Origin: a virus
Lineage: Duplodnaviria > Caudoviricetes
Direction: 5' to 3' (one strand)
Virus record (IMG/VR): IMGVR_UViG_3300035676_000001
DNA length: 64,000 nucleotides
Position numbers and translations under genes: made by a program. Positions 10,045 through 18,708 of the stretch are shown piece after piece; the first letter of the stretch is position 1, and each line of letters opens with the position of its first letter. Below the pieces are notes generated by a model, which was not told the DNA's origin, ran no database searches, and saw nothing but the letters and a program-made list of their open reading frames with translations.

Positions 10045-10482
10045 ATGTCCTATAAAGGAAAATATCAACCATCATATCCAGAAAAGTATAATGGAGATCC
10101 CACAAATATCATTTATAGGTCTCTGTGGGAAAGAAAGTTTTGTGTTTATTGTGACTTAAATGAAAAAATTATATCTTGGGAATCTGAAGAAAAATGCATT
10201 CCATATCGCTCCCCTGTTGATGGTAAGATTCATAGATATTTCCCAGACTTTCTCATAAAAGTCAAAGAATCTGATGGTTCGATTAAAAAATATATGATCG
10301 AAATCAAACCTAAAAAGCAAACTGTTCCACCACCAAAACCTCAAAGGCAGACAAAGAATTATATTCGTGAGGTTTATGAGTATGCTAAAAATCAATCAAA
10401 GTGGGAAGCAGCTAAAGAATGGTGTGCTGATAGAGGATATGAGTTCAAGGTAATTACAGAAAACGAACTAGGTATTAAGTAA
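10045..10482 (+). CDS. gp4: Head completion protein gp4 (TnsA-like nuclease fold)
   Basis: YKGKYQP..KYNGDPTNIIYRSLWERKF...YFPDF..IEIKP. Confidence 0.9.
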   Translation: MSYKGKYQPSYPEKYNGDPTNIIYRSLWERKFCVYCDLNEKIISWESEEKCIPYRSPVDGKIHRYFPDFLIKVKESDGSIKKYMIEIKPKKQTVPPPKPQRQTKNYIREVYEYAKNQSKWEAAKEWCADRGYEFKVITENELGIK

Positions 10483-10862
10483 TGCCGAGAAAGACAGTCC
10501 AACAACAAAAAACAACAAAAAATCGTATCAGTCCTCTAGTAAAAAAACTTATTGGAACAGAAAGTTCTGACGACTTAATGCGTGAGTTAACCAATATTTT
10601 ACCGAAAACTAACGAACCTCCAAAAGTTGGTAAGTTTTATATCTTTTCTTATAATGCTAAAACTTCAGGTATAAGATACGATCAAAATCCTCTAGTTGCC
10701 GTGACTGAGGTATTTAAATGGGGATTTAAGGGTATTAACTTTCACTGGGGAGAATCCAGACAATACACTTGGGATGAAATTGCTGGAGGAATATATGAGG
10801 TTTATGATACGGAGCTTGAAGATTTAAGAAGACTGCCTTTTAGCAACATTAGAACTAAATAA
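10482..10862 (+). CDS. gp2: DNA end protector gp2-like
   Basis: GKFYIFSYNAKT..YDQNPLVAVT..GFKGINFHW; follows gp4. Confidence 0.7.
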   Translation: MPRKTVQQQKTTKNRISPLVKKLIGTESSDDLMRELTNILPKTNEPPKVGKFYIFSYNAKTSGIRYDQNPLVAVTEVFKWGFKGINFHWGESRQYTWDEIAGGIYEVYDTELEDLRRLPFSNIRTK

Positions 10863-10875
10863 TTAGAAAACATAA

Positions 10876-11775
10876 ATGGCTGAGCCACTACGATATCCAT
10901 TAAAGAAACTTGATAAATCTGATGATTACTTGAAAATTGATATTTTAGAGTATCAAGCACCTGGTCTTGGATTTTCTCCAGGTTCTTTGGGTTTAGCAAC
11001 TTCTGATGATGTAGATTATGGTAAAAAAATTCCCATAAAAACAATCATTCTTCCTATTCCAGATGGAATAGGGGATAGTAATGGTGCTCAGTGGGGTGAT
11101 AGTACTATAGGTCCAATTGCTGCAGCGGCAATTGGAACTGGTGGAAGCCTTTTTGATTCCAAATCTCTCCAAAATGCGGGGAGCAACATCAAAGGCATAT
11201 TTGAAAAAGTATTAAAATCAGCAACATCTGGATCCGTTCAACAAAAAGTACAAGCAGGAGCAATAGGATTAGCAGCGAATGCTCTTTTCGGAGGAAATGC
11301 AAATATAAAACCAGGAGATCTTTCATCTAGACTTGGTGGAATTGTAGCAAACTCAAATATCGAACTTATATTTCAAGGATTAACTTTTAGGCAGGGTTTT
11401 AGTTTTGGATTTGATATGGTTCCACGCTCAAAAAAAGAATCGGAAGAAATTAAAGAAATCATTAGACAATTAAAAATTAATAGTGCTGTTAAAAAAGGAT
11501 CTGCCTTTGAAGGTGCTGCTGGATTATTTTTAAGCGCACCAAATGTCTTTAGACTTCAATATATGAGCGGTGCAAAACCACATCCATTCTTAAATAAGTT
11601 TAAAATTTGTGCTCTCAAGAATATGACTGTTAATTATACTGGTTCTGGAACTTATGCGACTTATGCGGATGCTACTCCAGTCCATATGATTATGACTTTA
11701 ACTTTCCAAGAACTTACACCAATCTTTGCAGAAGATTATGATAAGGGTCCAGGAGCAACAGGAGTTGGATACTAA
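10876..11775 (+). CDS. gp48: Baseplate tail-tube cap gp48
   Basis: ELIFQGLTFR..FSFGFDMVPRS.KESEEIKEII...KFKICALKNMTVNYT. Confidence 0.85.
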   Translation: MAEPLRYPLKKLDKSDDYLKIDILEYQAPGLGFSPGSLGLATSDDVDYGKKIPIKTIILPIPDGIGDSNGAQWGDSTIGPIAAAAIGTGGSLFDSKSLQNAGSNIKGIFEKVLKSATSGSVQQKVQAGAIGLAANALFGGNANIKPGDLSSRLGGIVANSNIELIFQGLTFRQGFSFGFDMVPRSKKESEEIKEIIRQLKINSAVKKGSAFEGAAGLFLSAPNVFRLQYMSGAKPHPFLNKFKICALKNMTVNYTGSGTYATYADATPVHMIMTLTFQELTPIFAEDYDKGPGATGVGY

Positions 11776-12422
11776 TGTCTTACTTTAGAGAATTACCAAA
11801 TCTAGAATACCAATCATTCTTATCAGATCGCAAAGCATCTGATGAATATTTAACTGTTAAGAATCTATTTCGCCGTGTAAAACTTCGTGACGATTTGCAA
11901 AATGTCTTCACAATCTTTGATAAGTATCAGATTATAGATGGTGCTCGTCCAGAAACAGTAGCAGAAGAACTTTATGGAAGCACTCAATATGATTGGGTAG
12001 TTCTTGTAAGTTCAGGTATTACAAGAGTTAGGGACCAATGGCCACTTTCTGATAAAGAGGTCTATGATTATGCAGAGTCAATCTATGGGACAGATTTAAA
12101 TGCTGTTCATCATTATGAAACTACTGAAGTTAAAGATAGTAAGGGTAGATTAATTCTTCCTGCAGGTAAAGTTGTTGATTCAACTTTTACCATTCCAAAT
12201 CCAAGCAATCCACTAGCAACATTAAATCCAGTAACTGGTGTAAGCAACTATGAATATGAAGTTGCTAAGAATAATGAAAAGCGTGGAATCTATGTTCTTA
12301 AGCCAAGATATCTACAGCAAGTAGTTACAGATACAAGAAAGGCGATGACTTATGATAAATCATCGCAATATGTAGATAATAAATTAATCAGAACTGAAAA
12401 TACTAGAGCATCAAACCCATAA
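11775..12422 (+). CDS. gp53: Baseplate wedge subunit gp53
   Basis: MSYFRELPNLEY...GARPETVAEELYG..YDWVVL..HHYET. Confidence 0.9.
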   Translation: MSYFRELPNLEYQSFLSDRKASDEYLTVKNLFRRVKLRDDLQNVFTIFDKYQIIDGARPETVAEELYGSTQYDWVVLVSSGITRVRDQWPLSDKEVYDYAESIYGTDLNAVHHYETTEVKDSKGRLILPAGKVVDSTFTIPNPSNPLATLNPVTGVSNYEYEVAKNNEKRGIYVLKPRYLQQVVTDTRKAMTYDKSSQYVDNKLIRTENTRASNP

Positions 12423-13001
12423 GAGTTCTAGATTCTTATCAAACATCATCACATATCGGTGCTTGCGGGAGCGTTCTTTCCATTCTCCTTCAGCACCTTT
12501 TACTTTTCCACGAGAGTGTTTAGTTCCGTCTGAATAATAGAAATCTTTTTTAGGGTCTGTGAGACCTGCATACTTAAAGTTGCAAGCACGATAAATTGTA
12601 CCAGAATGGTAATCTGAATCAGCATAAGAAATGATTGCTTTAACTTCAGTATCTTTCCGAAGTTGTCTAATCGCTCGTGACACAAACCAAGAAGTGATGT
12701 TATATTCGCATGACTGCGTACTAGGTTCGATGCAAAGTCTTGAGAGTTCGAAGAGTCCTTGTTGTTCATTTCGTTCTAGTCCAAATGCTCCTTTTGCAAT
12801 TTCTGGTACTGGTAAATTTGTAAAAACGCAGGCACCTAATGATCCGCCAATATTCATTATATCTGTAAAAGATTTTTTATACAAAGAATAATTATATCCG
12901 CTTTTGAAATCTTTTGATATATCTTTAAGATAATGATGATTATATAATATTTCTTTTATTTCTGATTTTGGAACTTTTTGAATATAATAATCACTTTTCA
13001 T
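12411..13001 (-). CDS. Mom-like GNAT-fold DNA-modifying protein (likely start MKSDYY at 13001)
   Basis: ELSRLC..SWFVSRAIRQL..AIISYADSDYHSGTIYRACNF resembles the Mu Mom family signature. Confidence 0.7.
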   Translation of the reverse strand: MKSDYYIQKVPKSEIKEILYNHHYLKDISKDFKSGYNYSLYKKSFTDIMNIGGSLGACVFTNLPVPEIAKGAFGLERNEQQGLFELSRLCIEPSTQSCEYNITSWFVSRAIRQLRKDTEVKAIISYADSDYHSGTIYRACNFKYAGLTDPKKDFYYSDGTKHSRGKVKGAEGEWKERSRKHRYVMMFDKNLELLWV

Positions 13002-13005
13002 AATA

Positions 13006-13569
13006 TTAAAGTTTCTTTTTAAGTTTATTTCCAATTTTTTTCTTAGTTTCTTCGCTATGGTTCTTTCCATAAAAATGATTATTTTTCCCTGTTATGTCTC
13101 TACCACACTCATTCCAATATTTCTGTGCGGATTCTCTCATTTTTCTTTTAGTTTCTTCGCTATGAGGTCTTCCTTTTCTATTTTTAGATGCTTCTCTCAT
13201 TTTTTCTAATGTTTCTGGAGAATGTTTTTTTCCATAAAATGGATTTTCTTCTCCAGATTTAGATATTCTTTTTTTAGTTTCTTCAGTGTGAGAATAACCT
13301 GATATTCCATCCCCACCATTAGTCATATTGCGAAGAATACCTGTCCCCAAATCCTTTCTTCCAAAAACAGAAATCATATAAATTTCGTGTTTTATTGCTT
13401 GCTCTTCGGTTAGGTTTTGTTTGAGAAAAATTATTCTAGATTTATCTTTTGGTTTTAAATCTATTTTATTTTGTCTCATATGATTTTTAAATACTCTACC
13501 ATCTTTCCCCTTACCAATATAGTAAGGAGTGCCGTCTTCACGCAAATATGCGTAAGTATAATATTCCAT
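13006..13569 (-). mobile_element. Free-standing GIY-YIG homing endonuclease with NUMOD3 repeats (Seg-like)
   Basis: YYTYAYLREDGTPYYIGKG; HTEETKKRIS/HSPETLEKMRE/HSEETKRKMRE/HSEETKKKIG repeats. Confidence 0.85.
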
Positions 13570-13571
13570 CT

Positions 13572-13653
13572 GCTTTATTCGTGGTTATGTTTATTTATAT
13601 AAAAAAAGGAGCATTTCTGCTCCCATTCTTTGCTTAAACAACCACGAATAAGC
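13572..13653 (-). promoter_or_regulatory. Late promoter TATAAATA (13592-13599) inside a 12-bp inverted repeat that would cover the endonuclease translation start
   Basis: Arms ttattcgtggtt 13575-13586 and aaccacgaataa 13640-13651. Confidence 0.7.
13601..13624 (-). terminator. Intrinsic terminator after gp32
   Basis: GGGAGCA-GAAA-TGCTCCT followed by a T tract. Confidence 0.8.
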
Positions 13654-13661
13654 ATTATTAT

Positions 13662-14585
13662 TTATTCCTCAGCCAAACGGGCAAAGTAGGACAGAGTATC
13701 ATCATCCTCATCTTCATCAACCGCAGCAGCACGACGGGTGGGTTGAAGACTGTTGAGTTCGGAGCGAAGATCCTCAGTCAGTTCCTTCGCAGGACCACGA
13801 GAATACTCTTCCTCTTCGGCAACTTCCTCATCCACACGACGGGAACCTTTGGTGCCGAGAACATAGTCAAGACGCTTCTTCAGTTCATCATAGGACTTGA
13901 ACTGGTCGGCAGCAACGAGTTCGGCAAGAGAGTATTGCTTCTTCCAGATTGCTTCCATCTCATCGTCATCGTCCAACAAAGAACCTTGTGCTGCAAACTC
14001 ACTGGAGTCGTAGTTACGATAACCAGCAACATTCTTTGCCTTCAGTTTGAAGTTAGCACCTTGCCAGAAGTCAAACGGATCGATTGCTTGCTCATCCTCA
14101 AACTCAGGTTGCATAGCAGCAGTCAGTTTATCAAAGATTTTCTTACCATACTTGTACAGGAAGACCTTACCTTCGTTAGCAGGGTTAGCAGGGTCCTTGA
14201 CCACATAGATGTTGCTCACATAAGTCAGCTTACGCTTCTGCTTACGAGCAAGTTCTTTACCAGCATCAGTACCATTGTTCCACAGTTCGGAGTTCAGTTC
14301 CGATACAGGGTCCTTCTGATTCATAGTGGTCAGAGAGTTCTCAATGTACCAACCACCAGGACCCTGGAAGGCGTGACTATACAGTTTCACGAAGGGCAGG
14401 TCTTCACCTTCGGGAGCGGGGAGGAAACGAATGACGGCATAACCATTACCGCTTTTATCTACATCCAGTTTCCACAGACGGTCATCACTAGAACCGCTGT
14501 TATTATTCATTTTTTCAACTTCCTTGACCAGTTTAGCAGTCAGGGAGCCCAGTTTGGACTGTTTCTTAAGGTCGGCAAAGCCCAT
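13662..14585 (-). CDS. gp32: ssDNA-binding protein gp32
   Basis: DDRLWKLDVDKSGNGYAVIRFLPAP..HAFQGPGGWYIENSLTT..acidic tail DDDTLSYFARLAEE. Confidence 0.95.
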   Translation of the reverse strand: MGFADLKKQSKLGSLTAKLVKEVEKMNNNSGSSDDRLWKLDVDKSGNGYAVIRFLPAPEGEDLPFVKLYSHAFQGPGGWYIENSLTTMNQKDPVSELNSELWNNGTDAGKELARKQKRKLTYVSNIYVVKDPANPANEGKVFLYKYGKKIFDKLTAAMQPEFEDEQAIDPFDFWQGANFKLKAKNVAGYRNYDSSEFAAQGSLLDDDDEMEAIWKKQYSLAELVAADQFKSYDELKKRLDYVLGTKGSRRVDEEVAEEEEYSRGPAKELTEDLRSELNSLQPTRRAAAVDEDEDDDTLSYFARLAEE

Positions 14586-14628
14586 TTAGATACCTCGGAT
14601 AGTTTTGGATTTGGGGGATTACTTGGAT

Positions 14629-14657
14629 AGTATAGCAAGGACGGTCTCACTTGTCAA
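14629..14657 (-). promoter_or_regulatory. sigma70-type promoter for gp32
   Basis: TTGACA-17 nt-TATACT. Confidence 0.8.
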
Positions 14658-14979
14658 TGAATTGCTTGAGAGACTCAATCGTTTTGGTCATACTATTGAA
14701 AAGTAAAGTCATATCAGTATCTGGTGGAAATCCCATCAGAGCGACTGATTTTCGTAGATTCTCTTTCATCTCAACCGCTTCTGGGTCATCAGAAAGAGAA
14801 AGACGAGTGTACATAATCTGCTGCTTTTCGAGCAGCAAAGTCATTTTCTCAATGTGTTCAATTTTATCTTCGCGGGACATAGAACCAAAAGTCAAGATAC
14901 TTCCATAAAGAAACTCTTGAAGTTCATTGATTTCACGAAGTTCTTGCTGTATCAGTTCAGAGTCGAAAAATCTACTCAT
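14647..14979 (-). CDS. DUF1825-like cyanophage protein
   Basis: FFDSELIQQEL..QQIMYTRLSLSDDPEA. Confidence 0.75.
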   Translation of the reverse strand: MSRFFDSELIQQELREINELQEFLYGSILTFGSMSREDKIEHIEKMTLLLEKQQIMYTRLSLSDDPEAVEMKENLRKSVALMGFPPDTDMTLLFNSMTKTIESLKQFIDK

Positions 14980-15562
14980 TTATAATTTCCCGTAAAAGTT
15001 TTTTGTAATGGAACACATCGATATTTAGAAACGGTTTGTATTTCTTTATTTTTAAACTTACGGTTTCCCACACTGGGTCCAGAAGTTTCTTATCAAATAC
15101 ATTACCGAACAGGAAGATTATATCATAAATGACCAGTGTTTCTAGACTAATCTTCCCACTCAGGAACTTTTTTAGAACTGGTGGATGACCTTTGGAACAG
15201 TTCAAGGCATCCTCTAATTTTGTTTGTGAGAACAATTCTTCTGACTGTTCTTTGAACAAGTAACTCAAACTCTGCTGTCTTTTCATCCATTCGGCGTATG
15301 TCCTTTCGCCAGAATTGATGATTTCTCCAATCCATATATTCTGTGGGTTGTCGGCAGCAAGAAAGTTTGCAAGTATAAAGTCTACTATTTCTTTATCAGA
15401 ATATTTGCGACTGGTCTTTTCGAACCAGTATTTATCCTTACGCTTATTAAAAGAAGTCACAGTTGCTCTGGACTTACCACCGTATTTGAAGAAATCGTAT
15501 TTTGGATTTGTGAAGTGACTTTTGAGTGAGAGATATGTTTGATATGTCTCAAAAGGACTCAT
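14972..15562 (-). CDS. gp59: Helicase loader gp59-like
   Basis: PFETYQTYLSLKSHFT..YDFFKYGGK..FNKRKDKYWFEK; sits between gp33 and gp32. Confidence 0.75.
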   Translation of the reverse strand: MSPFETYQTYLSLKSHFTNPKYDFFKYGGKSRATVTSFNKRKDKYWFEKTSRKYSDKEIVDFILANFLAADNPQNIWIGEIINSGERTYAEWMKRQQSLSYLFKEQSEELFSQTKLEDALNCSKGHPPVLKKFLSGKISLETLVIYDIIFLFGNVFDKKLLDPVWETVSLKIKKYKPFLNIDVFHYKKLLREIINE

Positions 15563-15819
15563 AGAGGCAAACGAGCTCGGGAAGTTTTCTTCATAAAGTT
15601 AAGACGAGTTGCGTCCCACTTCAGTCTTTCTTTCAGAGGTTTTGAAATGAGTTTCGTAACTGATTCTACCTCAAGACTATTAATCTCACAATAGTGAACA
15701 ATCGCATCGATGTAGTTGATATTTTCTTCCGCTACAATTTTCTCAATCTCAAGAGCAAACTTGGACGGTGTTAGAAACTTATTTTCGATTGCCTGTTCTA
15801 GTTCTTTATTTGGTTCCAT
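15559..15819 (-). CDS. gp33: Late-transcription co-activator gp33 (likely start MEPNKE at 15819)
   Basis: FALEIEKIVAEENINYIDAIVHYCEINSLEVESVTKLISKPLKERLKWDA. Confidence 0.9.
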   Translation of the reverse strand: MEPNKELEQAIENKFLTPSKFALEIEKIVAEENINYIDAIVHYCEINSLEVESVTKLISKPLKERLKWDATRLNFMKKTSRARLPL

Positions 15820-16486
15820 AGAGCTCCAGTTTATCTCTAACAAACTTTCTAATGTATTCGGAGAGGAGTTTGATGTACTTCCCTTTGTTGTATTCTTCAT
15901 AGACGACGCATTCTCCATTTTCACAAGCCATTAAAATTACAAGTTTTTTCACAGGAATATCTGTGAGTTCATAGAACATACAAGCGTATGCTGCTGCCTG
16001 AACAAAATAGTGTTCAATCCACTCTCGTGGTTTTGGTTTTTTAGAAGTTTTGAAATCAATTATCGCTAATTCGCCGTTGTATTCAGCAATACAATCAACG
16101 GTTCCCGCAATACCTAATTGCTTACTATATAGGGAACCTTCAAGGGCGTAAATATTATTTATACGATTAAGTTCTGGTTTCGCAATCTTAAACAGAAAAT
16201 CCGATAGAGGTTGAACTTTGGGGAGTTCTTGATTTTTAAGATGATGTTCAGTCATAAGGTGCATATCAGTTCCACGACTGGTTGCCGCTTTTGTGATACG
16301 CTCTGCTTCTTCATCACCAACTTTCTTGCGCCATTTAACAAAGATTTCCTTATTAAAATGACTGGTCACCGATGTAATGGAGACCAGTCGGAGAAGTTCT
16401 TCTTCATCTGGAACTTTATAATATCGAACACCATCTATAGTCTCCCGTTCAAGTTCAGGGAGAGTCACATCAATATGATTGAACAT
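15806..16486 (-). CDS. PD-(D/E)xK exonuclease (Cas4-like fold)
   Basis: SITSVTS..RGTDMH..AGTVDCIAEYNGELAIIDFKTS..YFVQAAAY. Confidence 0.85.
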   Translation of the reverse strand: MFNHIDVTLPELERETIDGVRYYKVPDEEELLRLVSITSVTSHFNKEIFVKWRKKVGDEEAERITKAATSRGTDMHLMTEHHLKNQELPKVQPLSDFLFKIAKPELNRINNIYALEGSLYSKQLGIAGTVDCIAEYNGELAIIDFKTSKKPKPREWIEHYFVQAAAYACMFYELTDIPVKKLVILMACENGECVVYEEYNKGKYIKLLSEYIRKFVRDKLELYGTK

Positions 16487-17238
16487 TAAAATCCTGCTTC
16501 TAATTTAGCAATAATGTATTCCTTGACTAGTCCAGAACGAACAATATCATCTACACCAAATTCAATTATATCAAAAGAAGGCATTTTACGCAAGATGCTC
16601 ATAAAATCCACGATTCCATTACGCTCATTCGTTTTCTGCAAATCTGATTGAGAAGCATCACCACAGAACATAATCTTGGAATTTTCACCAACACGAGTAA
16701 TAATAGAATCGAGTTCGTGTGCCGTACAGTTTTGAAACTCATCTACGATGACGATCGAATTATCAAGCGTAGTTCCACGAAGGAATGAAGTACTCCAGAA
16801 CTTAATCGTTTCTTGTGACTTGAGATTTCCGTAGAGCATCTCAAATTCAGAATCACTAGGCATCTGGAACATATACTTTACCATATTCTTATAAGGAATC
16901 TGATAAATATCAGACTTGTCCTCATAAGAACCTGGAAGGAAACCAATTTCTCTAGTTGCTACGAGAGAACGAACAAGATAGATTTTCTCAAAAGGAGTTC
17001 TTTCGTCTAAGACTTCACGAAGAGCATTATAAAGAGTGATAAAAGTTTTACCAGTTCCAGCGCAACCATAAGCAACAAGATGCTTTTGATTTGCATAGGA
17101 TTCAAAAAGTCTCTTCTGATTATCTGTTAGAGGTTCAATATCAACCAGATAATCAGAACTTAATGGTTTTCTACGCTTCATTTGACGAGTAGTAAGACCA
17201 ACCCCGATAGGTTGCTCTGCTCTTTTTCTTCTAGCCAT
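16486..17238 (-). CDS. phoH: PhoH-like ATPase
   Basis: GCAGTGKT Walker A; REIGFLPG; FLRGTTLD; DEFQN. Confidence 0.95.
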   Translation of the reverse strand: MARRKRAEQPIGVGLTTRQMKRRKPLSSDYLVDIEPLTDNQKRLFESYANQKHLVAYGCAGTGKTFITLYNALREVLDERTPFEKIYLVRSLVATREIGFLPGSYEDKSDIYQIPYKNMVKYMFQMPSDSEFEMLYGNLKSQETIKFWSTSFLRGTTLDNSIVIVDEFQNCTAHELDSIITRVGENSKIMFCGDASQSDLQKTNERNGIVDFMSILRKMPSFDIIEFGVDDIVRSGLVKEYIIAKLEAGF

Positions 17239-17480
17239 TAGAGTTTCTTTACAGTTGAACCGGGCATTGTTTGGGCTTTTCCGAGCACATCATTCCAACC
17301 AGGATGCTTAGACACAAGCTTATTACGCCAGTCTCCGACCTCACCTGGAGTTGCACATCCTTCGGACCAATCCCTTGTCCATTCGGGATTGTCCTTGTAC
17401 CACTGCATAATATCGTGAACGCTCATTTCAACGACTTTCTTCTCACCTGTTTCTTTATGAATAATTGGATAAATCGCCAT
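17238..17480 (-). CDS. Conserved cyanophage hypothetical protein
   Basis: 80-aa ORF coupled to phoH, with a late promoter upstream. Confidence 0.65.
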   Translation of the reverse strand: MAIYPIIHKETGEKKVVEMSVHDIMQWYKDNPEWTRDWSEGCATPGEVGDWRNKLVSKHPGWNDVLGKAQTMPGSTVKKL

Positions 17481-17505
17481 AAGTTATAATTTCAAGATAA
17501 TTTAT

Positions 17506-18141
17506 TTAGACCCACTCAAGGGCTTCGGAAACTGCTGGGAATTGTTCGGTAAATACCTGCTTGCAGGCATTTGCAATATCCATATGCTCTTTTTGAGTTC
17601 CGTGAGCAGAACGGAGATTGATGTAATGAATCCAACTACGGCAAGAACCCGTCATATAGATGCGCGTAGGAGTCGCCAGAGGCAGCACAAACCTTGCACT
17701 CTCCTTAGCGACACCGTGAGAGAGAAGTTCCTTGTAGAGGCGCATAGAGTGTGCAAAATGATCTTGAATCTTACTTTGAAGACCCAGTTTCTCATACTCA
17801 GGAATATCATCAATCGAGTTCTGACGATTCTTAGTATCTTGACGACGCAACTCTGGAACAGGAATATATTCAGAAATCAGCGAACTGTCGGCATAACGCT
17901 GAGAGAACTCTTGGAATGTGAAGGACCTGTGCCTCAGAATCTGAGCTGCGATTCCACGATTGGTCTCAATTTCAAGCGTCATAGTAGACTGTTCAAACAC
18001 AGACCAATGATTATGCTTAATACAATAAGCAAGCAACTTGGAATAGTTCTCGTTATCCTGATTAGCAGGATTAGAGACTCGTGCAATGAACGCCATTGTC
18101 TTTTCTGCATCTGGTGTTACGCTAATGAGTTTTACAGTCAT
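17506..18141 (-). CDS. thyX: Flavin-dependent thymidylate synthase
   Basis: HWSVFEQ; QILRHRSFTFQEFSQRY; AKESARFVLP; HYINLRS. Confidence 0.95.
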   Translation of the reverse strand: MTVKLISVTPDAEKTMAFIARVSNPANQDNENYSKLLAYCIKHNHWSVFEQSTMTLEIETNRGIAAQILRHRSFTFQEFSQRYADSSLISEYIPVPELRRQDTKNRQNSIDDIPEYEKLGLQSKIQDHFAHSMRLYKELLSHGVAKESARFVLPLATPTRIYMTGSCRSWIHYINLRSAHGTQKEHMDIANACKQVFTEQFPAVSEALEWV

Positions 18142-18305
18142 TTCTTTCCGAATCCTTTTGAGGTTTTTGCTTCAATTTGTGCGAGTTCTTCTTTCAGGGA
18201 ACGCAGTTGTGCTTTCATCTCTCTGATTTTTTCATCAGTATAAAGATTTTCTTGCTTCACCAACCGTTCAAGAAGTTTAATCAGTTTTCTTGCTCTATTA
18301 GTCAT
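18138..18305 (-). CDS. 55-aa coiled-coil hypothetical protein (not in ORF track)
   Basis: MTNRARKLIKLLERLVKQENLYTDEKIREMKAQLRSLKEEL...; ATGA overlap with thyX. Confidence 0.7.
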   Translation of the reverse strand: MTNRARKLIKLLERLVKQENLYTDEKIREMKAQLRSLKEELAQIEAKTSKGFGKK

Positions 18306-18471
18306 CTAGGTCACTGTCTTCAAATATTTCGTCGTAATCCAAAATTGGTTGTTTTCTGACTTCTGGTTCCGTGTAGGAATAGGCAGATACATCAGAATAA
18401 ACTTCTGCTTTGAGAGAATCCACCAACAATTCTAGATTACGGATGATGAGTTTTAGTTTGTCTCTGTCCAT
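18298..18471 (-). CDS. 57-aa hypothetical protein (not in ORF track)
   Basis: MDRDKLKLIIRNLELLVDSLKAEVYSD...DYDEIFEDSDLDD; overlaps the next start. Confidence 0.7.
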   Translation of the reverse strand: MDRDKLKLIIRNLELLVDSLKAEVYSDVSAYSYTEPEVRKQPILDYDEIFEDSDLDD

Positions 18472-18492
18472 CTGTTATAGTTCTCTTCCGAT

Positions 18493-18528
18493 ATTTTACC
18501 ACAAAAAAAGGAGGGTATCAACCCTCCT
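18493..18528 (-). terminator. Terminator with an embedded sigma70 promoter (TTGATA in the hairpin, TAAAAT at 18493-18498)
   Basis: AGGAGGG-TTGATA-CCCTCCT followed by a T tract; 17-nt spacer. Confidence 0.7.
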
Positions 18529-18533
18529 TAATC

Positions 18534-18635
18534 TTAGGCAACTTGTGGTTGCTTCGCCATATTAATTTGAGCAATTTTGAGAAGTTTCTCTTTTCTTGCC
18601 TTTTCTTTCAAATATTGAACGAAGTATGTTTTCAT
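18534..18635 (-). CDS. 33-aa basic peptide downstream of the glutamine riboswitch
   Basis: MKTYFVQYLKKKARKEKLLKIAQINMAKQPQVA; AAGGAG RBS; flanked by the riboswitch and a terminator. Confidence 0.65.
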   Translation of the reverse strand: MKTYFVQYLKEKARKEKLLKIAQINMAKQPQVA

Positions 18636-18660
18636 AGGTCTGCTCCTTTACTTGGGTAAA

Positions 18661-18708
18661 GTGCGTTCCTTCCCGTGATGGTACTTCCGTCGCATAGCGA
18701 TGAACGTG
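18661..18708 (-). ncRNA. glnA-type (class I) glutamine riboswitch
   Basis: CGUUC-A-UCGC(UAU)GCGA-CGGAAGUA-CC(AUCAC)GG-GAAG-GAACG three-way junction with the conserved E-loop strands. Confidence 0.8.

Noticed and set aside
13743-14630. 295-aa + strand ORF antisense to gp32
   Set aside because: Mirror ORF of a codon-biased, highly conserved gene; no RBS, promoter or recognisable motifs
15806-16486. Cas4-like nuclease as evidence of a CRISPR-related system
   Set aside because: Standard core exonuclease of T4-like cyanophages in its usual phoH-gp33 context; no array nearby
17542-18243. 233-aa + strand ORF antisense to thyX
   Set aside because: Shadow ORF with no domain features or expression signals
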